Virus record (IMG/VR): IMGVR_UViG_3300034351_000048
Location: 16,225 to 80,224 of that record
DNA from: a virus
DNA length: 64,000 nt
Reading direction: 5' to 3' (one strand)
Positions 58,796 to 64,000 of this stretch are shown piece after piece. Within the stretch, counting starts at the first letter, position 1. The number at the start of each line of letters is the position of its first letter. Below the pieces are notes generated by a model that had not been told where the DNA came from, did not search any database, and worked only from the letters and a program-made list of their open reading frames with translations. The position numbers and the translations under genes are program-made.

Positions 58796-58885
58796 ATGAA
58801 CAAAACAAATTTAATAATATTTTTATTTATAATATTAGCAGTTACTATAACAATAGGTTTCATAATGTGGAGGCTTAATTTATAA
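58796..58885 (+). CDS. 29-aa single-TM peptide (not in ORF track)
   Basis: AAGGA SD; MNKTNLIIFLFIILAVTITIGFIMWRLNL; stop abuts next ATG. Confidence 0.6.
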   Translation: MNKTNLIIFLFIILAVTITIGFIMWRLNL

Positions 58886-59476
58886 ATGGTAGAGATAAAG
58901 AATGTAAATGTTTATGGGTTAGATAAGAGTATTTTAGATAGTCATTATCCAAAATCTACTATTAATTGGTATGATATCTCAACTCCAAAAGTTGTATTAG
59001 ATAAAGATATTCAAAGGGCGGTTCGATTAGGTAAAGTCAGTACCGGTACTGGGCATGATAGCTTTTTAAAAGGAATAATCGTTCAATTTGATATAAAATA
59101 CCCTCAATATTGGATACCCGAAGCAGATAGATATCACTGGTTTGATATTGTATCAAGTCAAACAAAATCTTTTACTTTAAAATTTATTTCAATAGAAAAA
59201 TCAATTAACAAATATGTTGATCAAAAAAGTTTAGATATTATGAATGAGTATAGGGAAAAGTGGTTAGAAAACCCAACTTATGACAACTACATACGATTAC
59301 TTTCTAATGTAGTGTTAGGATATGAGATGATTATGGGTATTACTACAAATTATTTACAATTAAAGACAATGTATTTCCAAAGGAAAAATCACAGGCTTAA
59401 AGAAGATTGGGGAAACTTTATAAAAATGTGTGAAGAATTGCCTTTATTTTTGGAAATAATAGGAGAAAAGAAATGA
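58886..59476 (+). CDS. ThyX-like (FAD-dependent thymidylate synthase fold) protein, divergent
   Basis: GHDSFL, RYHW...SSQ, TNY.QL...YFQR..H...DW; canonical RHRxxS motif not intact. Confidence 0.5.
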   Translation: MVEIKNVNVYGLDKSILDSHYPKSTINWYDISTPKVVLDKDIQRAVRLGKVSTGTGHDSFLKGIIVQFDIKYPQYWIPEADRYHWFDIVSSQTKSFTLKFISIEKSINKYVDQKSLDIMNEYREKWLENPTYDNYIRLLSNVVLGYEMIMGITTNYLQLKTMYFQRKNHRLKEDWGNFIKMCEELPLFLEIIGEKK

Positions 59477-60021
59477 TAGAACCAATTAAAATATTAATAA
59501 ACTTTATAAAAAAACAATTTAATATTAAATTATATATCATATATATGAGTATATTTATAATAATTTATACGTTGTTATATAATGCTTCAATTATAAAAGA
59601 AATACCCGTTATAGCTATATTAATAGGTGGATTGATTGGAATAATTTGTGGTGATTGTTTTATATTCTCATCTATAGTAAATAAAAAAATCAAGGTTATT
59701 AAAGAGCTACAAAAGTTTCTTGATAATATATATACTGATACTGAAAACATAAGAAAGTATATTTCAAAATATAAGCATGCTACTAAAGATGTTATATCGG
59801 ATCATTCTTATAAATTTATAGTAATGATATTGGAATATTTTATTTATAAGATAAGAGATAAAAAGTTTGATCTGAGTGGAGAACTTATATTAAAAAGTTA
59901 TATATCATATATAACATATATATTAGCCAATCCAGATTTCATATATATGAATGAGGTTGAATATAACAACCATAAGGTAAATTTAAGCCTAATATTATTA
60001 GGCCGTGAACCAGTTGAATAA
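59473..60021 (+). CDS. membrane protein
   Basis: Two N-terminal TM segments. Confidence 0.65.
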   Translation: MIEPIKILINFIKKQFNIKLYIIYMSIFIIIYTLLYNASIIKEIPVIAILIGGLIGIICGDCFIFSSIVNKKIKVIKELQKFLDNIYTDTENIRKYISKYKHATKDVISDHSYKFIVMILEYFIYKIRDKKFDLSGELILKSYISYITYILANPDFIYMNEVEYNNHKVNLSLILLGREPVE

Positions 60022-60038
60022 AGAGAGAGGAAAATTTT

Positions 60039-60326
60039 ATGACTAAAACTGAACAATTAAATAAAAAAGCTTTGTTATTTCATATATATTCACAAACACA
60101 CAATCAAGATCAATTATATTGGTTAAGATATTCTTATACACAAAAAGAATGTGAAATGGGTATTTATTTTGCTTTAGATGAATTAGAAAAAGTTGTAAAT
60201 CCACCTGAAAATTATTTAGAGGATACAACGTTTTATCAAAGATTGATGGCTTATGAGAGTTTGAATAAAAGGAATATGTTTAATTTACCAATGTTCGATT
60301 TTAAGAAGGGAGAAAGAATTTTATGA
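60039..60326 (+). CDS. hypothetical protein
   Basis: ORF; SD. Confidence 0.65.
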   Translation: MTKTEQLNKKALLFHIYSQTHNQDQLYWLRYSYTQKECEMGIYFALDELEKVVNPPENYLEDTTFYQRLMAYESLNKRNMFNLPMFDFKKGERIL

Positions 60327-60709
60327 GTTTTAAAGAACATAAAAAAATGTTAAATGAAATAATGTATTATAACGTTTATTCATATCTTGATGGAATAATT
60401 AAATCTTATAGGATAGAGAAACCTGAAGATTATGGGTATATTTGTAAGTTGTTTATAGAACTATCTGAAAAAAACGATATCGAATCAGATAAACATTACA
60501 ACATATTTAAGTTGGAAATGGAATTAGATTTAAGTTTTGATGATGGAACTTATTGTTATACGGATGATTTTGGCAATAAATATGATTTACAAGATAAACA
60601 AGCTATAAGCTTATTAATATTCCAATTTCTACTAACACATATAGATAAATTACAATCTACATTAGAGAAAGAAAGATATCTATATAACAAAAAGGAGGAA
60701 AACAAATGA
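60323..60709 (+). CDS. hypothetical protein
   Basis: Coupled ORF. Confidence 0.65.
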   Translation: MSFKEHKKMLNEIMYYNVYSYLDGIIKSYRIEKPEDYGYICKLFIELSEKNDIESDKHYNIFKLEMELDLSFDDGTYCYTDDFGNKYDLQDKQAISLLIFQFLLTHIDKLQSTLEKERYLYNKKEENK

Positions 60710-60975
60710 AAGAATTCACAACTTTTAGAGAATTTGTAGATTATCTTGATGATGAAATATTTTATAATTCGCATAGTTATGTATATAGTTTATTCTACAA
60801 ACAATATAAATTTGATACTTCTTATCAAGGACATTATTCGGATTTTTTAGATTTAAAATTATATGATAAGGATAGTTTAGAAAATATTATGGATGGTTTG
60901 GAAAATGACTTTGATATAGATTATACAATAGAAAAGGTTAAATATAATAATTACAAGGTTGTAATAAAGAACTAA
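60706..60975 (+). CDS. hypothetical acidic protein
   Basis: Coupled ORF; GGAGG SD. Confidence 0.65.
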   Translation: MKEFTTFREFVDYLDDEIFYNSHSYVYSLFYKQYKFDTSYQGHYSDFLDLKLYDKDSLENIMDGLENDFDIDYTIEKVKYNNYKVVIKN

Positions 60976-60994
60976 AGTTTGGAGAACAAATAAA

Positions 60995-61348
60995 ATGGAA
61001 GAAATAGAACAAAAGTTTATTAAAGATGATTTACTATATAAATTAGAAGATATATTAGAATCTAATAGTATAATTTACAATGATATTAGCCCCTCAGGAG
61101 ATACTCTTTTGACCTTAGAACTTAATATCAATAATAATATTATTTATATACATACGTTTGAATTTTTCCTAAAATTAGGAGAAAATATTATAAATAATAT
61201 AGAATTTTCTTTATATAAAGATATAAACAATAGACCTTACAAAAACCACCAATTTTTACAAATAGAATTCGATAGACTTGTATTTTCTAATGAATTTATT
61301 ATTAATTTCATATGCGATTCGATTATTAATCTTAAAATAAATGAATGA
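60995..61348 (+). CDS. hypothetical protein
   Basis: ORF; SD. Confidence 0.65.
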   Translation: MEEIEQKFIKDDLLYKLEDILESNSIIYNDISPSGDTLLTLELNINNNIIYIHTFEFFLKLGENIINNIEFSLYKDINNRPYKNHQFLQIEFDRLVFSNEFIINFICDSIINLKINE

Positions 61349-61359
61349 GGAAATAAATA

Positions 61360-61461
61360 ATGGAAATAATATTAAACCAGTGGAGTATTTTTGATATAAT
61401 TAATATAGCGATTGGTATTATAGCTATACTAATAAGCTTATATGTTCTTATAAAGAATTAA
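61360..61461 (+). CDS. 33-aa single-TM peptide (not in ORF track)
   Basis: GAGG SD; MEIILNQWSIFDIINIAIGIIAILISLYVLIKN; fills the intergenic gap. Confidence 0.6.
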   Translation: MEIILNQWSIFDIINIAIGIIAILISLYVLIKN

Positions 61462-61476
61462 AATGGAGTATAATAA

Positions 61477-61827
61477 ATGAATAAATATATTTTTCATAAT
61501 TTTGGTGTATGTAACAACTTAGAATGGGAGAATATAAATGAAAAACCTTACAAATTTGATAAAATAATTGTAGATAAAATTTCCACTAAGGATAAATATA
61601 TAGTTTTATATTTACATAATGAAGATATTGAACATGATATGGGGTTATTTATACACATAGATTACAATGCTTCTTATACATATACACGAGGGAAATTACT
61701 TTATTTAATAAAAAACTATAAAGAAAGTAATATAGAACCAACTTTACTTATAGATTATTTAAATGAAACTGAAAAAGATAATTTTTATATAGAAAAATTG
61801 GAGGAAAATAAATATGAGGAGGAATAA
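61477..61827 (+). CDS. hypothetical protein, tandem paralogue A
   Basis: MNKYIFHNFG...W....KPY.F.KI shared with the next gene. Confidence 0.7.
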   Translation: MNKYIFHNFGVCNNLEWENINEKPYKFDKIIVDKISTKDKYIVLYLHNEDIEHDMGLFIHIDYNASYTYTRGKLLYLIKNYKESNIEPTLLIDYLNETEKDNFYIEKLEENKYEEE

Positions 61828-62142
61828 ATGTATAAATATATTTTTCACCACTATGGTGATTCTATATGCCATTGGTTGGAAGTAATTCAAAAACCTTACT
61901 ATTTTAATAAAATATCACTTGAATTACCTAATGACAGTAAAACCCATATACATATAAGATTATATAAAGATAAAAAAGATGATACCAAAAATATTTTACT
62001 TAATATAGATACTGATTGTAGCACACCGAAAACAAATTATTTTCTTAAGAACTTTTCGGAAGGTAGGATAAATGAATATATTTTCATTGAATATTTAAAT
62101 TCTTTATATCCTTATGATTGGTTTATTGAAACGGTAAGTTAA
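61828..62142 (+). CDS. hypothetical protein, tandem paralogue B
   Basis: MYKYIFHHYG...W....KPY.F.KI. Confidence 0.7.
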   Translation: MYKYIFHHYGDSICHWLEVIQKPYYFNKISLELPNDSKTHIHIRLYKDKKDDTKNILLNIDTDCSTPKTNYFLKNFSEGRINEYIFIEYLNSLYPYDWFIETVS

Positions 62143-62170
62143 ATTATAATATAAAACACGGGAGAAATAA

Positions 62171-62536
62171 ATGAAATTTGAAAAAAGAAAAGAAATCCTA
62201 ACACATGTTATATCTAAATTTGATTTAATTATAAAACAACATTATAAAACTAAAACATCTCTTGAAGTCCATATAAGTGAAGATGAATCTTATTTTTCTA
62301 TATTATTCGATCAATATAGTATTTGTTTCAATTATAACAATATATATGATGCTACTACAACCTTTGAATTAAATAAAATAATATATACTGATAAGAAATA
62401 TAAAAAATATAACGTGAAACCACTTATAAATATAGAATTTCTTGTAGACTACAATAATATTGATGAAATAGTAGATACTTGTTGTCAGAACATAATAATA
62501 CAATCTAATATCCTAAAAAATCGGGAAGAAATATAA
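62171..62536 (+). CDS. hypothetical protein
   Basis: ORF; GGAG SD. Confidence 0.65.
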   Translation: MKFEKRKEILTHVISKFDLIIKQHYKTKTSLEVHISEDESYFSILFDQYSICFNYNNIYDATTTFELNKIIYTDKKYKKYNVKPLINIEFLVDYNNIDEIVDTCCQNIIIQSNILKNREEI

Positions 62537-63110
62537 ATATTATCTATATATACTATACAACCTATATAAATATATATAAAATCTACATATCTATATAAAA
62601 TATATTAAACTTAAAATTATTATATTACTATTATTACTAATAATACTACTATTATTAATTCAAATTCATATCCTTATTCTTATTATCTTAATATTATTAT
62701 TATAACATATTAGTTGAAATATATAATATATATCTTTATATCAAATTACCAATATATTTATATACCATATATAAAAAAAATAATAAAAAATATACATCAA
62801 TTCTTTACTTTATTTAAATTCAATATTATTATATACATATAGATTGAATTTTATTTTTATCTATACAAAATTTCAAATTCATATGTGAAATATATACAAC
62901 AAGATCTAAATATAACTATATAATTAAATTAGTATATATTAATACAAACAATTGAAATATACAATAATCAATCTATATAAGCATATTAGCAATTACTAAT
63001 ATACTACAAAAGTTATATTTATAAAATATGTCCAGAATATGGACATTTATCCAGAATATGGACATCTACAATGTTAGTATCACAAATAATGTGAATAACA
63101 AAATTAATTA
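62537..63110. other. long non-coding, extremely AT-rich and G-poor tract
   Basis: No ORF of 60 aa or more in the track; low-complexity TAT/TAC runs. Confidence 0.7.
63028..63065. repeat. tandem 16-bp direct repeat TCCAGAATATGGACAT; first unit lies in palindrome ATGTCCA-N5-TGGACAT
   Basis: Copies at 63031-63046 and 63050-63065. Confidence 0.85.
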
Positions 63111-63123
63111 TAAGGAAATGTGT

Positions 63124-64000
63124 ATGAAAATAACTAAAGATTTATGGAAGGAAATTTATGAGCTTGCCCAACTGAATGCGGACTTGACAATAAAAGAACT
63201 ACACGCACTTGTGCACAACACGATACTTGAGCCAGCGGGTATGAAAATTTCTTTTCAAGGTCTGCTAACTAATTTAAATCGAAATGGTATATACTTAAAT
63301 GGTCAGTTACCTATTAAACAGGAAAAGGAAAAGGTAAGGCGAAAACAGGAAATTGTTGAAAGAAAAACAAAATTTACTCATCTTGATAAAAGAGGTAGGG
63401 AGAAATGGAATGAAGAAACGGTTCTTGAAGCTTTTGTTCGATCTGGATTAAGCACGGAAAGGTTCTCTAAACAATCCGAAAGTATAATAGGCAAACATAT
63501 CAAATTTAGTAGATTAACGACTATGATTAAGGCCAATATACGATATATGAAAGCACTGACTAATGAAAGATTAAGAAGGTTAGGTGTTGAGGTTGGATTA
63601 GAATTAGAGCATGAATTAAGTAATAATATTAATATACAGTCTATTCTTAGAGAGAGTAAAGAAAAGACTATTGAACAGTTGGTTACTAAATTAGATGGAT
63701 TAATGAGCGAATTTACTGTTACAGATCCATCAGATACAAGTAAATCTATACCTCTTAAAAAAGATATAGAATTTTGTCTTAGTATGATAAAGAAGATGAA
63801 AAATTTGAATATGGTTGATGAAATAAAAAATATTAGAAATAACTTCTTAGTAGATTTTCAGATAAATTTGGAAAATTTGGAAGAGAATGAGAGAGGGATG
63901 CTTACGGATAATCAATTGAATGATGATAAAGTCTTTATACAACAATTTAAAGATGCTATGAAAAAGCTTGTTATTAATCCCGAGTTGGAAGAAATGGCGG
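63124..64000 (+). CDS. hypothetical protein, partial (runs off right edge); terminase small subunit candidate
   Basis: AAGGA SD; open frame MKITKDLWKEIYELAQLNADLTIKELHALVHN... of about 290 codons to the edge; function inferred from context only. Confidence 0.65.
   Translation, partial: MKITKDLWKEIYELAQLNADLTIKELHALVHNTILEPAGMKISFQGLLTNLNRNGIYLNGQLPIKQEKEKVRRKQEIVERKTKFTHLDKRGREKWNEETVLEAFVRSGLSTERFSKQSESIIGKHIKFSRLTTMIKANIRYMKALTNERLRRLGVEVGLELEHELSNNINIQSILRESKEKTIEQLVTKLDGLMSEFTVTDPSDTSKSIPLKKDIEFCLSMIKKMKNLNMVDEIKNIRNNFLVDFQINLENLEENERGMLTDNQLNDDKVFIQQFKDAMKKLVINPELEEMA

Noticed and set aside
2971-60774. Short opposite-strand ORFs in the track (e.g. 2971, 6020, 6935, 13571, 22108, 25417, 31155, 35492, 45210, 52398)
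   Set aside because: They lie antisense within well-supported genes, lack SDs and look like shadow frames
1-64000. Stop-codon recoding (alternative genetic code)
   Set aside because: Core genes are intact under the standard code; TAA, TAG and TGA all end genes; no suppressor tRNA

Overview
About 64 kb of a very AT-rich (roughly 25% GC by eye) tailed dsDNA phage with a contractile tail, using the standard genetic code. The host is probably diderm (lipoprotein and OMP-type C-terminus in the lysis region). Layout: small leftward genes (1-3.3 kb); a complete morphogenesis block from terminase large subunit to beta-helix tail spike, including a -1 frameshifted tail chaperone (3.5-32 kb); an atypical lysis/envelope block (32-35.4 kb); tRNA-Leu(TAA); a rightward replication/recombination/modification region (initiator with internal iterons, DnaB, HU, MazG, SSAP, RuvC, SPOUT MTase, PolA, three DNA MTases, sigma factor, DnaG, ThyX-like); a 570-bp non-coding AT-rich tract; and a truncated ORF at the right edge. 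No integrase or CI repressor was recognised, yet seven antirepressor-family genes (ORF6N, AntA, Bro-N, Rha) are present. Main finding: four of these genes carry the same, apparently undescribed, structured 5' RNA leader. Hairpin H1 (11-nt loop) competes with a long SD-sequestering hairpin H2 that has a 7-nt bulge. In every copy the H1-loop heptamer is the exact complement of the bulge heptamer, but each copy uses a different heptamer (full covariation). One copy sits directly behind a tRNA-like RNA whose anticodon loop is replaced by a long hairpin; another lies downstream of tRNA-Leu. All protein calls are motif recognition by eye; no searches were run.
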